The notes beneath the pieces are model-generated. The model did not search any database, had not been told where the DNA came from, and saw nothing but the letters and a program-made list of their open reading frames with translations. Below are positions 33,522 to 44,814 of a stretch of DNA of 64,000 nucleotides, in pieces. Source of the DNA: an uncultured Nitrososphaeraceae archaeon (GTDB lineage: Archaea > Thermoproteota > Nitrososphaeria > Nitrososphaerales > Nitrososphaeraceae); contig CAVZZA010000001.1 of the NCBI GenBank assembly GCA_963779615.1, positions 128,001 to 192,000 on the forward strand. Direction: 5' to 3'. How positions within the stretch are numbered: the stretch's first letter is position 1; each line of letters starts with the position of its first letter. The position numbers and the translations under genes were made by a program.

Positions 33522-33812
33522 CTATGTGTAGCTTTTTGATTGCATTGGTGCTACTTTCTCGTCTGACCTGTTAACAAGGCCGTGAGTCAATAATCCAAAT
33601 CCTAAGATTCCGACGAAAATAGAAACTTCCTCTGCTACCACCATCTGAGCAGTTGCAGGTGGAGTTCCATTTGCAGCCAGTGCGCTGTATGATTTAGATT
33701 GTTCTGCACTTTTTATAACACTGTCTATTACAATATTTCCTGCATATATACCGCCTGAAAATCCAATTACCGATAATATCAAACCAACTATGATGAATTT
33801 TCTGTTTTTCAT
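33522..33812 (-). CDS. hypothetical two-TM membrane protein
   Basis: ATG start, TATA upstream, two hydrophobic helices. Confidence 0.6.
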   Translation of the reverse strand: MKNRKFIIVGLILSVIGFSGGIYAGNIVIDSVIKSAEQSKSYSALAANGTPPATAQMVVAEEVSIFVGILGFGLLTHGLVNRSDEKVAPMQSKSYT

Positions 33813-34789
33813 CTACCTTTAAACATCTTAAACATCTATATTTATATATATATACATTTTCACTCATTTTATAAAAATCTACATTTACTAAACTTTAAAA
33901 ACCATAATTACAATAACGAACGTTAACTTTAGAAAATGGCGGATTTTGTAATTAAAAAACATATTTTGTTGACCTTGAATGCACAATTGGGTAGTTGAAC
34001 ACAACATCACAACACAGCCTGCAATTGACTTGGAGTTTTCAGGGGCGGGGTTAAACTAAATTGGGAAATCATCCTCAAGTCAACAGGCCCCATTAACACA
34101 AAAAATAGGAAGTCCCTATATACAATGCTATCGGATACTCGGTGTCGGTAGCAGCAAAAACTAACAATGCGACAATCCCCAAATCTTTTTCCCCATTTGC
34201 CTTAGGGGAAGAAAATACCATATTGAGGACCTCAAGCATTTTGCAATCAGAATCACAACCTCAAAAGTGAGACAATGACAACAATGACAACAACATTAAT
34301 GGGGTGAAGGCATGATAACGGGTTTTTCTATCACTACCAAATACCCAATTGATTTATTGGAACGATTATCCAGGGTATCAAGCCTCATTGGTAACTTTAT
34401 CCAACCAACAATGCCAATCCATCAAAATCATTAGCTTCCTTTTTTTGCATAACTAAAAGTCCCTTGTTTTATCGACTATTTGACAACACATAGCACGGTA
34501 ACTGGACTGTTTTTTATAAACATAGCCAATTGATCAATCATTTGCAAAAAGTGACATGTGCAAAAAACAACAATCAACAATCACAAAACAGAACACCGTG
34601 TATCAATTAATCTCATGCAAGCATTTCAAAAAACATTAAAAAAAAATAACATTTTTCAAAACAAAAAATAATGATTTAATGTATTGTTGCAGGAACAGTT
34701 AATCAAATGAGATATTTGGTCATCATCAACTGCAATATAAAAAGAGGTCAGAGAATTCCGTTGTTATTTATAGAATGGCATATCTATCC

Positions 34790-34909
34790 ATGTTGTACAT
34801 GAAATGTGCATGTTGTGGTGGCGAAATGATAAAAGAAAAAGAATCCGAGAGGACAATAACTATCAAATGCAAAGATTGCGGTTTAAGCAACAGTGAATTA
34901 AAAGGATAA
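34790..34909 (+). CDS. 39-aa zinc-finger microprotein (below the ORF-track cutoff)
   Basis: MLYMKCACCGGEMIKEKESERTITIKCKDCGLSNSELKG*; two CxxC motifs; TTTATA ~22 bp upstream. Confidence 0.7.
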   Translation: MLYMKCACCGGEMIKEKESERTITIKCKDCGLSNSELKG

Positions 34910-35069
34910 ACAGTAGCCGAGCCTCAAAAGGTTGAACTAAACCCATTTGTCATCAATGCATGTTGTGGCGGGTGGGGCGATGTTCATCAATTTTTTTGCA
35001 ATAGGTAAAACGCTTTTTGTTGTTTTTTAAATAGGAATTATATACAGTCGAAATTCAATCTAGAATTTA

Positions 35070-35507
35070 TTGAATAACAAAAGACCAAAGGGAATTTCCT
35101 TTTTATCCATTGTAATGATACTGTATGGCATTGCATTTGAGGTCGTATCCGTATCCAGCTTTTGGTTATTCGGGGATTGGTGGGTGTTTGGCTTTATACT
35201 ATTTGCAGTTGGAACACCGTTTGCCATTGCTTCCATCATATTAGGTTTTGGCCTTTGGAAAGGAAAGAACAGTGCTCGGAACACAACAATAGTATTGATA
35301 TATATTGAAATTTTCCTTGTTGTGGCCGGAATGATCGGTATGCAAACCGTTGCACCTTTTCCTTTTTCACTTCAGATATTTGGAATATACGGCCTTATTC
35401 CACTGCTATACATAATGGGTAAAGATGCAATTGGTTTATACTATCTCTCAAGGCCCAATGTCAAGTCTTATTTTGTTCAAGTCAAGAAACAAACAGGTGA
35501 TGAATGA
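35070..35507 (+). CDS. hypothetical four-TM membrane protein
   Basis: RPKGISFLSI...GFGLWKGK...YYLSRPNVKSYF pattern of a common archaeal membrane family. Confidence 0.75.
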   Translation: MNNKRPKGISFLSIVMILYGIAFEVVSVSSFWLFGDWWVFGFILFAVGTPFAIASIILGFGLWKGKNSARNTTIVLIYIEIFLVVAGMIGMQTVAPFPFSLQIFGIYGLIPLLYIMGKDAIGLYYLSRPNVKSYFVQVKKQTGDE

Positions 35508-36671
35508 AGGAGCAGGACAATAGCCTTCATAGTTTATTATGTTTTAATTATGTTGCCGTTATGTCAAATAGATCTAATTACGAATGATTGCAGAAATACC
35601 CTGACCAAAAAGATTACAAAATATTAATTGATTCTCATGGTGCCTTTAACCAACCAGTATTGAGCATACCAATAAACGTCATTAATCACAGAAAATAAAG
35701 GACATGTGCTGTCTTTTGCAACATTTGTAAATTACCCCTTCCTTCGCGACTGGATTCATTGACATAACCCCCCCCCCCGGGAGCAACTGACCAAAAATCG
35801 CCTTTACATCTATTTCAACCATGACATTTGAATTTTAACGGTACAGGTTCACCCATAGTAGCATATGATGACACAAATTAGACAGTTTATGCGATTGACC
35901 AAGTTTTTCCTATCAGCTGAATAACAAAGACTAAAGTAGTATGCAGCCTTATGTTATACTATGACCCTTATGATAAAATGCAAACAATGCGATTTTAACC
36001 ATATTTCAAACCTATACAGATTGGATGAACAACACATATTTCACAGGCATTTTTCAAATCTTGAAAGTCTGTCCTAGCTGCGGACACGTGTCTAAATGTA
36101 TTGAATTAGACTATAATCTCCAAATCATATCATAAAGAGACACAATCAAAAAAAAACACCTAAAGCAAGAATAGGGTATTGGAGCAGGTCTTTAGCTTTA
36201 TGCAATGGCATTTTTGCTCCCATTATCTTTTTTAATAGATACGGGTGCACAACCACTACGTTAAGGCACTGATTTTATTAAAAACGGTATTGACTTTATA
36301 AAACCAAAACAAGTAAGCTGAAATTTTACTGCTAATGGAGAAATTATGTAATAAGGTAAATCCAGTTAATTTAATATTTCATCTAGGTAGTTTTTCAAAA
36401 TCAAGCCATAAAGGAAGCACATGTCCAAAAAAAACCGCACATCAAAATTCTAAAGACGAATTTGACCTTGCTTGTTAAATTGGTTTTTTTCATGGGCATG
36501 GCACAAGTTTTGGTGAATTTTAGTTTATGTAGAAAAACAAGTTTTGTTTTAACCAACTCATCTGACGGCCTTTAACAATGCTTTAGCATTGGAGAAATAT
36601 GGCGGAGTTGACAGAGCCAAAAAAAAGAAAGGGCTTATGGATGATCTTAAATCGGCACTCTTGTTTTCATA

Positions 36672-37175
36672 CTATTTGGTAACCATTATTTGTCCGCGGA
36701 TTTCCCCATTTGGGTTTTGTTGTGTATGAATATTTGCATATGCGCTCCCATTATTCATAAGAGATATCAAATCAGATAGTGGTTTGTCTTTTAACTGCCC
36801 TACAAATTCACTTGAGGTAATAGTTTCGTTTTCTGACAATTGGTTCACAGGAGCGTTAGCTCTAAACAGCGTGAAAACTATCGGCCCGTTTTCACCTTTT
36901 TTGCCAATGTGTATATGCCCTTCAGTAACATTTTGTATATTTGTAGCACTGACTTTATAATCCATGCCATCTTTTCCAGATGCATCGAATTCAGCCTGAC
37001 CTGTCGCTTTTGAATTTGATGGAGGAACTTCTTCATTTCCTATGAGTTTTGCCACGAATTTTTCTCCTTGTCCAAATGCCACATGATTGGAAAAATTGAC
37101 AACCCCCATCACGGCAGCAATTGAGAAAACAACCGCAATTACAAAACTTATTTTTATGTTCTTGTTACAAGTCAT
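36672..37175 (-). CDS. secreted CHRD-domain protein
   Basis: Signal peptide; LIGNEEVPP, GHIHIGKKGENGPIV, YANIHTQQNPNGEIRGQI. Confidence 0.92.
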   Translation of the reverse strand: MTCNKNIKISFVIAVVFSIAAVMGVVNFSNHVAFGQGEKFVAKLIGNEEVPPSNSKATGQAEFDASGKDGMDYKVSATNIQNVTEGHIHIGKKGENGPIVFTLFRANAPVNQLSENETITSSEFVGQLKDKPLSDLISLMNNGSAYANIHTQQNPNGEIRGQIMVTK

Positions 37176-37345
37176 TAAACAAATAACATGAACATAGTAT
37201 TTATTAGAGATATTAAACTTGTGTGGTAAAGACTCTATTTGAGTCTAATCCGCACAAAAACATTCATGCAAATTGATTGAACACGCCTTTTTGAACACAC
37301 GCTAAACTACATATTACCTAAAAAAAAGAGAATAGTATTTTTAGA

Positions 37346-37798
37346 ATGAGTACTTTCAACAAATACAGAATCCCTGTACCAAAACACCTGCTGCACGGAA
37401 TAGACAAAACTTCTTCGCCTGCACATGTTGGCAAGCTTAGAAATGCAGTTGACCTGATCGTTCCAAAAAACACCCCCGTCCTTGCCGCGGCAGATGGGGT
37501 AGTTACCTTTGTCAAAGATGATTCGAAAGTTGGAGGGCCTGCTCCATCATACTGGGAGTACACCAACTTTATTTCAATTATGCATCTATATGGAGAGCAT
37601 ACACGATATGATCACCTCGAATACCACAGCTCAAAGGTAAGGGTAGGCCAACATGTGCATGCGGGCCAGGAGATAGCAAGGGTGGGTATGACAGGCTACA
37701 CGTATGTCCCACACCTGCATTTTCAGGTATTTGTGTTTACAGGCTACAACATTTGGACTGACTTTGATACCCTGGAAGTTAACGATTTTGTGGAATAA
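37346..37798 (+). CDS. M23-family metallopeptidase (paralog of 24115)
   Basis: H...AVDL, YDHL, PHLHF. Confidence 0.92.
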   Translation: MSTFNKYRIPVPKHLLHGIDKTSSPAHVGKLRNAVDLIVPKNTPVLAAADGVVTFVKDDSKVGGPAPSYWEYTNFISIMHLYGEHTRYDHLEYHSSKVRVGQHVHAGQEIARVGMTGYTYVPHLHFQVFVFTGYNIWTDFDTLEVNDFVE

Positions 37799-38169
37799 TG
37801 TATTGTTCCTGTACATATATTTTTAAAATAATCGTGAAGGATCCGGCATTACATCACATATCCATTGTGGGGGACACTTAATAAAATGGCCAGTTCAATC
37901 AATTATAGTTTGTTATCTCCAATTGTAACACAAACACACAAGAAAAACAACATGCCTCCTTGGGTCGGCGGCATATGACCATTACCACCATATGAAATCA
38001 CAGTAAACACGGTTTAGTTATTGCCGTATCGATAGCAATACCACTTTTGGGACGATTTGTCGATTCCTGATTTTATATCGCTTCGCTTCGCTTCAAATCC
38101 TGATTTATCGGTGTCGATCCCAATAAATTAAAAAATGTTCGTGGTCAGCCAATAAAACACTGTATTTAA

Positions 38170-40509
38170 TCACATAGTTTTTTTTACTGCTAGGCAAAGG
38201 ATTCCGTTTTTTTTATAAAGTTCCCCGATAATATCGAATGTGTTACCTTTTTTTAACAATGCTCTGGGCCCAGCATAATCAAAATAATTCAGAGAGGCAT
38301 ACCATTTTTCATTTACGATAACAACCGCTTTTCCAGACAACATGTTTTCTACAAAAACAGAATATCTTTTTCCGGGTATAAATTTAATTGAATCCATCAA
38401 GGAAATGGTTTTTTTGTTTATCCAAACTATTCTCTTTAGTTTTTCTAAATTTTTTACTGCCTTGCCTATTACATCACTGTCATATTTTATTATGTCTTGC
38501 AGGTAGGATATTTCTAAACCATTTTTTCCGGATTTTGCCAGCAAATCATGAATTTGTCTTTGCGCTTTTTCGACAATCTTTCGGCCATCCAAGGCCAATG
38601 ACACATCATACAAATGTTCCAAATCATTGTTCACAGAAGAAGGTTGGCTATTACCGGCATCTTTTTTTTGGTAGGAAAGTTTCCTTAAGAAGTGCTTAAC
38701 CTTCCTAGCGGAATTGGAAGATATTGAATCCATAACAGGATTAAAGTAATCATCGTTATCATCACCATCGTTATCATCACCACTGTATGGATTAAATTTT
38801 ATTTCAGGCACCTTCATTTTTTCAGGGACGCTAAATGGCCTTTTAGTAACGGGATTTAGAATCATATCAATATTTTTTAAAACAGACTTCATTCTAACAA
38901 TTTTTTTATGGGCGATCTCCAGGTATTTGGAGTCTATAGAGTCATTGGCAACCAGAACTACAACGCTTCCATCTGAAAATCTACCGGTTCTTCCCTTCCT
39001 TTGAATAAACCTAATTTCACTTGGAACAGGCTCGTAGAAGACAACAAGGTCCACATTGGGGATATCAAGGCCTTCTTCAGCTACAGATGTGGCAACAAGG
39101 ACAGGAAAAATGCCTTTTTTAAAATCCCCGAGAATGGATAACTGTTTATCCTGATTGATTCCTTTCTGGTTTTTTTTATTTGATTGACCATAGAAACCCT
39201 TAGATGGAATCCCGTTTTCATTTAAAAGATTTGTTATTTCCTCAAGGGTATCCCGATATTGAGCGAAGATGAGAATCTTCTTTTGGTTTAAACCCGCCGA
39301 CACCCTCGGCATAGAAACGTCATCAGGATTGTTTTCAGGCGCATCAATCGCATGGTCAATTTTTAGAACACCTGTATTGGTTGCGGTATTCATAAAAAGA
39401 AAATCCCTAACGATTGACAGCACTTCTTGAAGTTTGGGATGGGAAAACATACTGTCACTTTTCAACATTTCAATAACTTTCTGTATGCGAGGATCAGAGA
39501 GCAATTCCCGATGGGTTTTGGTTGGAGCAATATCATCATCCCCATATTTATCAAAAAACTTCTTTAAAGAGAAACTTCCCTGGGACTCTATCAAATCACG
39601 GCAATAGAGCAAGGTCATTGACATGGACTGATACTTTAAGGCAGCATACAGAAAAAAATTTTTGTTGTCTGAATCTGCTAATGATGATTTAAGGTGGTCT
39701 CCCAGGCTTAACAGATCTTTTCTATAAACGTTCTCAACCTTTTTCCTCTTTATGAAGTTGTTGTCAATCAACCAGTTTATTTTTTCATCGATTAAAGACT
39801 GGAGAATGTTGGAGATTTCTTTATGCTTTTCATCCAAATCAATTCGCCTATGCGTTACATTAACATTATACACATAAGGCAGAACATCCTCATCGTCTTC
39901 AGACTTTACAACAATTTGCTCCATACAAAGGTTAGAACATATCTCCTTGATTTTTTCCATGTTTGATCCAGGGCTTGCGGATAGTGCAAGGAACATTGGA
40001 ATTTTATTGGAATCGCCGTTGTTGCTTGTAAACATTTTTGAGATGGATGTATAGCTATAATCCTTAACAGCCCTATGAGCCTCGTCAAAAACTACCAAAT
40101 AAAACTCTTCTTTTTTTACAAGGTTGTTGTCAAGGTCATTTCTCACAAGTTCAGGTGTAGCAAAGTATATCCTAATGGATCTTGATTTCCAAATTGTTTT
40201 ACGAATTTCAGGGGATATTTTTCCAGTCAAGGCAAAACATGCATTTCCCATTAGGGTAAAGCGTCTGAATAATTCAAGGTGTTGGTGCACAAGGGGACGG
40301 GTGGGGGCAAGAATCAAGACTTTGGAATTCTTCCAGTTAAGCAAAACATCGATACAAACCAACAAGGTGATGACGGTTTTCCCTAGCGATGTTGGAACAA
40401 CAATCAAAGAGTTTTTATACAGAGTTTTTTGTAATACGGTGTTTTGATACTGTCTATATAAAAGAGCACGTTCCTTTAATAATGGATGGCTAAAATATGA
40501 CTGAACCAA
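38170..40509 (-). CDS. hef: Hef/FANCM-like SF2 DEAH helicase with no recognisable ERCC4 nuclease domain
   Basis: PTSLGKT, DEAHRA, SASPG, ATSVAEEGLDIP, YEPVPSEIRFIQRKGRTGR. Confidence 0.85.
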   Translation of the reverse strand: MVQSYFSHPLLKERALLYRQYQNTVLQKTLYKNSLIVVPTSLGKTVITLLVCIDVLLNWKNSKVLILAPTRPLVHQHLELFRRFTLMGNACFALTGKISPEIRKTIWKSRSIRIYFATPELVRNDLDNNLVKKEEFYLVVFDEAHRAVKDYSYTSISKMFTSNNGDSNKIPMFLALSASPGSNMEKIKEICSNLCMEQIVVKSEDDEDVLPYVYNVNVTHRRIDLDEKHKEISNILQSLIDEKINWLIDNNFIKRKKVENVYRKDLLSLGDHLKSSLADSDNKNFFLYAALKYQSMSMTLLYCRDLIESQGSFSLKKFFDKYGDDDIAPTKTHRELLSDPRIQKVIEMLKSDSMFSHPKLQEVLSIVRDFLFMNTATNTGVLKIDHAIDAPENNPDDVSMPRVSAGLNQKKILIFAQYRDTLEEITNLLNENGIPSKGFYGQSNKKNQKGINQDKQLSILGDFKKGIFPVLVATSVAEEGLDIPNVDLVVFYEPVPSEIRFIQRKGRTGRFSDGSVVVLVANDSIDSKYLEIAHKKIVRMKSVLKNIDMILNPVTKRPFSVPEKMKVPEIKFNPYSGDDNDGDDNDDYFNPVMDSISSNSARKVKHFLRKLSYQKKDAGNSQPSSVNNDLEHLYDVSLALDGRKIVEKAQRQIHDLLAKSGKNGLEISYLQDIIKYDSDVIGKAVKNLEKLKRIVWINKKTISLMDSIKFIPGKRYSVFVENMLSGKAVVIVNEKWYASLNYFDYAGPRALLKKGNTFDIIGELYKKNGILCLAVKKTM

Positions 40510-40552
40510 ATTTATAGATAAAACACTGAAAATGAACTATGAATGTACCTGT

Positions 40553-40882
40553 CTATATTTCAAATACTTCGCTTGACTCATTCTTCACAAATTGTTTTCT
40601 TTCAGGATTAACCTCATCCATTGATTTGGCAAGTTGTAAAACTTTAGAATTATTAATTATCTCCAAAATTGAATTAAGTTCATCTGACGATTTAATAACA
40701 ATGCCTCTTTTTTTTGATGGAGTCCCATTAGCATTTAAGGGATTGATTTCTATGGCAAGGGAGGCAGGTCTTCCACGGTATTCAGGAAGTTTGAATATGA
40801 AAACACCAGGTATGTTAGTCGGTTTTCGTTCCCAATCCTTGCTCTCTTCTAAAAATTGACCCAATCTTTCTTCACTAGACAT
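40553..40882 (-). CDS. conserved hypothetical protein
   Basis: 109-aa ATG ORF co-oriented with the helicase; AIEINP...KKRG motif. Confidence 0.75.
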   Translation of the reverse strand: MSSEERLGQFLEESKDWERKPTNIPGVFIFKLPEYRGRPASLAIEINPLNANGTPSKKRGIVIKSSDELNSILEIINNSKVLQLAKSMDEVNPERKQFVKNESSEVFEI

Positions 40883-41224
40883 TTTTCACTCACTAACCAT
40901 TCGGCAAGCCATCATTTTAGTTTTATCTATAGCATAATGGCCCTGTTCACCTAAGGAAAACACGTTTTCTTTTAGTGCATGGATAGTGTTTTCAAACAAA
41001 TACAGTAATTTTGAGGCAGTTCAAGAGGGGAAGGCTAACTTTCAAAAAATAATAGCTGATTCTGCACAAGTAAAATCAAATCACGAGCCCAACAACACCC
41101 AATCAAGCAAAACTATGCGAGCAGGGCCAGCAAACACATTCACCGCAAACATTACAGCGTACAAGAAAAAACAGACTTAAATAAAATAACGCACATTATT
41201 AGACATATAAGAAATAACCACCCT

Positions 41225-42602
41225 ATAGAATTAAAATACGACAAGGGAACAATAGTAATAGATGGAAATATCAATACCCCTTATTCGGTTTATGATCCCA
41301 GAATAGATAAGCACAGGGCCCTGGCCAGGCACTATCAGGACATTACTTGTTTTTTAGAAAAAAACAATCAGGATTACACAGACAATGTTAAAGATTACAT
41401 AGACTGCCCGATTCAAGGCAAAACTAACGACACCAATGCTTTAAGGGATTACCAAAAGGACGCTCTAGAAAGCTGGTTGTCGCAAAATAAAAAAGGTTGC
41501 ATAATTTTGCCAACTGGGGCTGGAAAGACAATAATCGCGATAAAGGCAATCATAGAAATCAATTCGTCAACCCTTATCATAGTACCAACGCTAAACTTAA
41601 TGGAACAGTGGTTCAGTTCCTTAAGAAAGGCCTTGGGCGATAAAACCCTGGTAGGCATGCTGGGTGGAGGGTACGACGATATAAAAATGGTAACAGTAAC
41701 AACATATGAATCGGCTTATTTAAAGTCCTCCTTTTTAGGGAATAAGTTTAGGTTTTTAATTTTTGATGAAGTTCACCATTTGGCATCTGAGAAGTATTAT
41801 TCGATAGGAGAACATTTTATATCCCCATACAGACTGGGCCTAACAGCAACAATAGAAAGGGAAGACGGAAGGCACTCAATCATTTTTAAACTGATAGGCG
41901 ACATAGCGTACAAAAAAGACTTTTATGAACTGGCTGAAAAAAACTATTTAGCCAATTTTACGCTGAAAAAAAGGACAATAAGCATGTTACCTGATGAGAT
42001 AGCATTGTATAACAGCAAAATTAACCAATACAGGAAAATATTGAGGGAATGCAGGATATTTTACCCAATCAGACTGGAAAGGCTGATCATTCTCTCATCC
42101 AACAACAATGAATTAAGAAAAGCGTCTGCTGCTCAGAAAAGAAGCCCTAGAAACGGCTTTAAACAGCAAGGCAAAAATCATAGAGCTAGAAAAAATATTG
42201 AAAGGGTATGGGAATGAAAGAAAAATAATCATTTTTACGATACACACCAAGTTAGCGTATGCAATTTCAGACAGGTTTTTAATTCCGGTGATAACCCATA
42301 AAACAAAAAATGAAGAAAGAAATGATATATTGGGCAGTTTCAAAAATGGAAAATACAGAATCATAACCACTACCAAGGTTTTGGACGAGGGTACGGATAT
42401 TCCGGAGGCAAACACAGGAATCATCTTAAGCGGCACAGGGAGCAAAAGAGAGTTTGTCCAAAGATTGGGAAGGTTATTAAGGCCAAAGGACGACAGGGAG
42501 AACGTAGCTGAGCTAATTGAAATTATTTCATCAGATACAAGTGAGACATTCACTAGCAATAAAAGAAACAAGGGGATTAAGGAAAAAAATGGAATTCAGT
42601 GA
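41225..42602 (+). CDS. xpb: XPB/Rad25-like DNA repair helicase (+1 frameshift at ~42125; start codon unresolved)
   Basis: ELKYDKGTI, LRDYQ, LPTGAGKT, DEVHH, LTAT, VLDEGTDIP, QRLGRLLR. Confidence 0.88.
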
Positions 42603-42709
42603 CACAAGACAAAAGTGAACGCTTTACTAATGCATATGCACAAGCACACATTTACACACTATTGCACACCAGTTTTTTAAAATAGCGCAATGACATCCAG
42701 GTTAAAAAA

Positions 42710-44761
42710 ATGATACCCTCGGATTTACTAAGGTATAAAATAGACTACAGAAACAACAAAATACACCCAATCTTGTGTTCCCTTAACAATAACAGTACAG
42801 AGTATCAAATAGCTCTTAAAGCCATTGAAATATTTGATGAATGTTACAAAAACAAGAACAATAAGGAAAAACTAGGCTATATGATAAAACTATTGGAACA
42901 TTCACAGAAAGACTATAAATTGGTAAGGGGGATATGCTCCATTTTAGAAAAGAAATGCACATTTAGCTCAATATTTGAAAGCGACAAAAATACAAATTCT
43001 CAAAGCTTTGACCCTTCAAAAGAGTGGGCAGGGAAATTAACACCGGCAGGCGTAAGGAGAATGGTTTTTGACGAATCTGCCTCAAACAACATTGCCATTA
43101 CAGATCAAAAAAGAGACGAGATCCTCAAGATAGTGTCCGACAGATTGGGGACAAGCACAGAATCAATCATGAAATCAATGTGGTCGGATTTGGAAGAAAA
43201 CACGATAATTTACGGCTATAGTTCTCCAGATCCCCTAACACTGCTTTTCCATTATAACGTTTCACTCATTCAAACCTTACTTTTTAACTGCCTCAGGATT
43301 GAAATTAAAATCAATTCAAGCAAAAGCATCGGCTTGCTATGGAAAAAGCTCTTGAGAGAGGTTAAAAGGCTGGGTTTAATGTATTGGCTTGAAATAGACA
43401 AAGACAATAACCCCGGCAGTACAAACGGTGGTGACGACGCAAACAACATAGTTTGTACAGTAGAGGGCGCATTGAGTGTGGTAAAACTAACTGAAAAATA
43501 TGGCAATGCCATAGCAAAACTCGTACCCTTAATATTCAAGGCAGACAACTGGAGCATTAAAGCAGATATCCTGCGGGTCACAGGCAACGGAAATAGGGCA
43601 ATATACAGCTTCCAAATGTCCGAGCAATCACACTCAGATTTGACATCACCAAAGAGTTTTAGAAAAACGCAGGAGGAACAAGGCCATCATCACAACCATC
43701 AGGCAACCGAAGGTGAAACCACGATAGAAAAAAACTCCAGGCTATCCCATACAGATAAACCAGCAGTCAAACGCGAGATCTCTTCTAAAGATAAAGCAGA
43801 TCATGTTTATGGTGGTGATGGTGATGGTGGTGATCTCGATAATCAAATATCATATGACAGTAACATAGAAAGAACATTTTCACAGAAATTCGAGCTGTTT
43901 AACACAGGGTGGTCGATAGAAAGAGAACCTGAACCACTAATAACAAAATCCAAAGCCGCGTTTATTCCAGACTTTATTTTAACTAAACACGAAAATAAGG
44001 TACTGGTGGAGATAATAGGATTTTGGACCACAGAGTATCTGGAGAGAAAAATAAACAAAATATCTCAAATAATAGAAAACTATGACAATCCCAACTTTTA
44101 CATAATATTAATAATTAACTTTGAGAATTTGGCCGTTTATGAAACAAACCAGCAGCAACAGCAACAGCAGGAGCGGGTCCATCCTTTCGCAAACATTAAA
44201 AACAAAAGCAACGTGCTAATCATCCCCTATAAAAACGAGTACATATCCTTTAGGGAAATAATGCCTTTTTTGAAAAACATTGAAAGAAAATACATTGACC
44301 TGAATTTTGGAAGGAAGATAGGCAAAGACAAAGACAATGTTTTACAAGAAATTGATGGAATTTTAATGGAATTTAAAAAATCATTTGATGCAATGACCAC
44401 ATGGAATGATATCAATGAGGGTGTAAGATCAGGGCAGACAAAAAGCACAATTCAAAATTTTGACTTGAAAGAAATATTGGAGAATAACGTTGAATTTAAA
44501 AGCGCAGTCGAAAAGAAATTGAACTTAAACAACCTTGTTGTTGTCAAGGACTTTATTTTTAAGGAGGCATTTATCAAAGAAACCCTGAATGAGCTAAAGG
44601 GCAGGAAAACAAAGAATTTAAAAGATGCATGCGAGTTTTTATCAATTAAAAAAATACCGGAAAAAGTACATATAGATTTACTGATTTTCATTGGATTTAA
44701 AATCAATTGGAATGGCCTTGATTACTCAGAATCAGAAATTATTTTCAGCCATCAGCAATAA
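42710..44761 (+). CDS. bax1: DUF790 / Bax1 endonuclease
   Basis: MIPSDLLR, YNVSLIQTLLF, EKYG, FIPDF...VEIIGFWTTEYLERK; directly downstream of xpb. Confidence 0.88.
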   Translation: MIPSDLLRYKIDYRNNKIHPILCSLNNNSTEYQIALKAIEIFDECYKNKNNKEKLGYMIKLLEHSQKDYKLVRGICSILEKKCTFSSIFESDKNTNSQSFDPSKEWAGKLTPAGVRRMVFDESASNNIAITDQKRDEILKIVSDRLGTSTESIMKSMWSDLEENTIIYGYSSPDPLTLLFHYNVSLIQTLLFNCLRIEIKINSSKSIGLLWKKLLREVKRLGLMYWLEIDKDNNPGSTNGGDDANNIVCTVEGALSVVKLTEKYGNAIAKLVPLIFKADNWSIKADILRVTGNGNRAIYSFQMSEQSHSDLTSPKSFRKTQEEQGHHHNHQATEGETTIEKNSRLSHTDKPAVKREISSKDKADHVYGGDGDGGDLDNQISYDSNIERTFSQKFELFNTGWSIEREPEPLITKSKAAFIPDFILTKHENKVLVEIIGFWTTEYLERKINKISQIIENYDNPNFYIILIINFENLAVYETNQQQQQQQERVHPFANIKNKSNVLIIPYKNEYISFREIMPFLKNIERKYIDLNFGRKIGKDKDNVLQEIDGILMEFKKSFDAMTTWNDINEGVRSGQTKSTIQNFDLKEILENNVEFKSAVEKKLNLNNLVVVKDFIFKEAFIKETLNELKGRKTKNLKDACEFLSIKKIPEKVHIDLLIFIGFKINWNGLDYSESEIIFSHQQ

Positions 44762-44814
44762 GTTTACAACCAATAAGAAAACAGTTTTAAAATAATAACT
44801 TATTATATATAGGT

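Noticed and set aside
23362-37798. Paralog pairs as template and variable repeats of a diversity-generating retroelement
   Set aside because: No reverse transcriptase is present, the differences are not adenine-specific, and both copies are full genes
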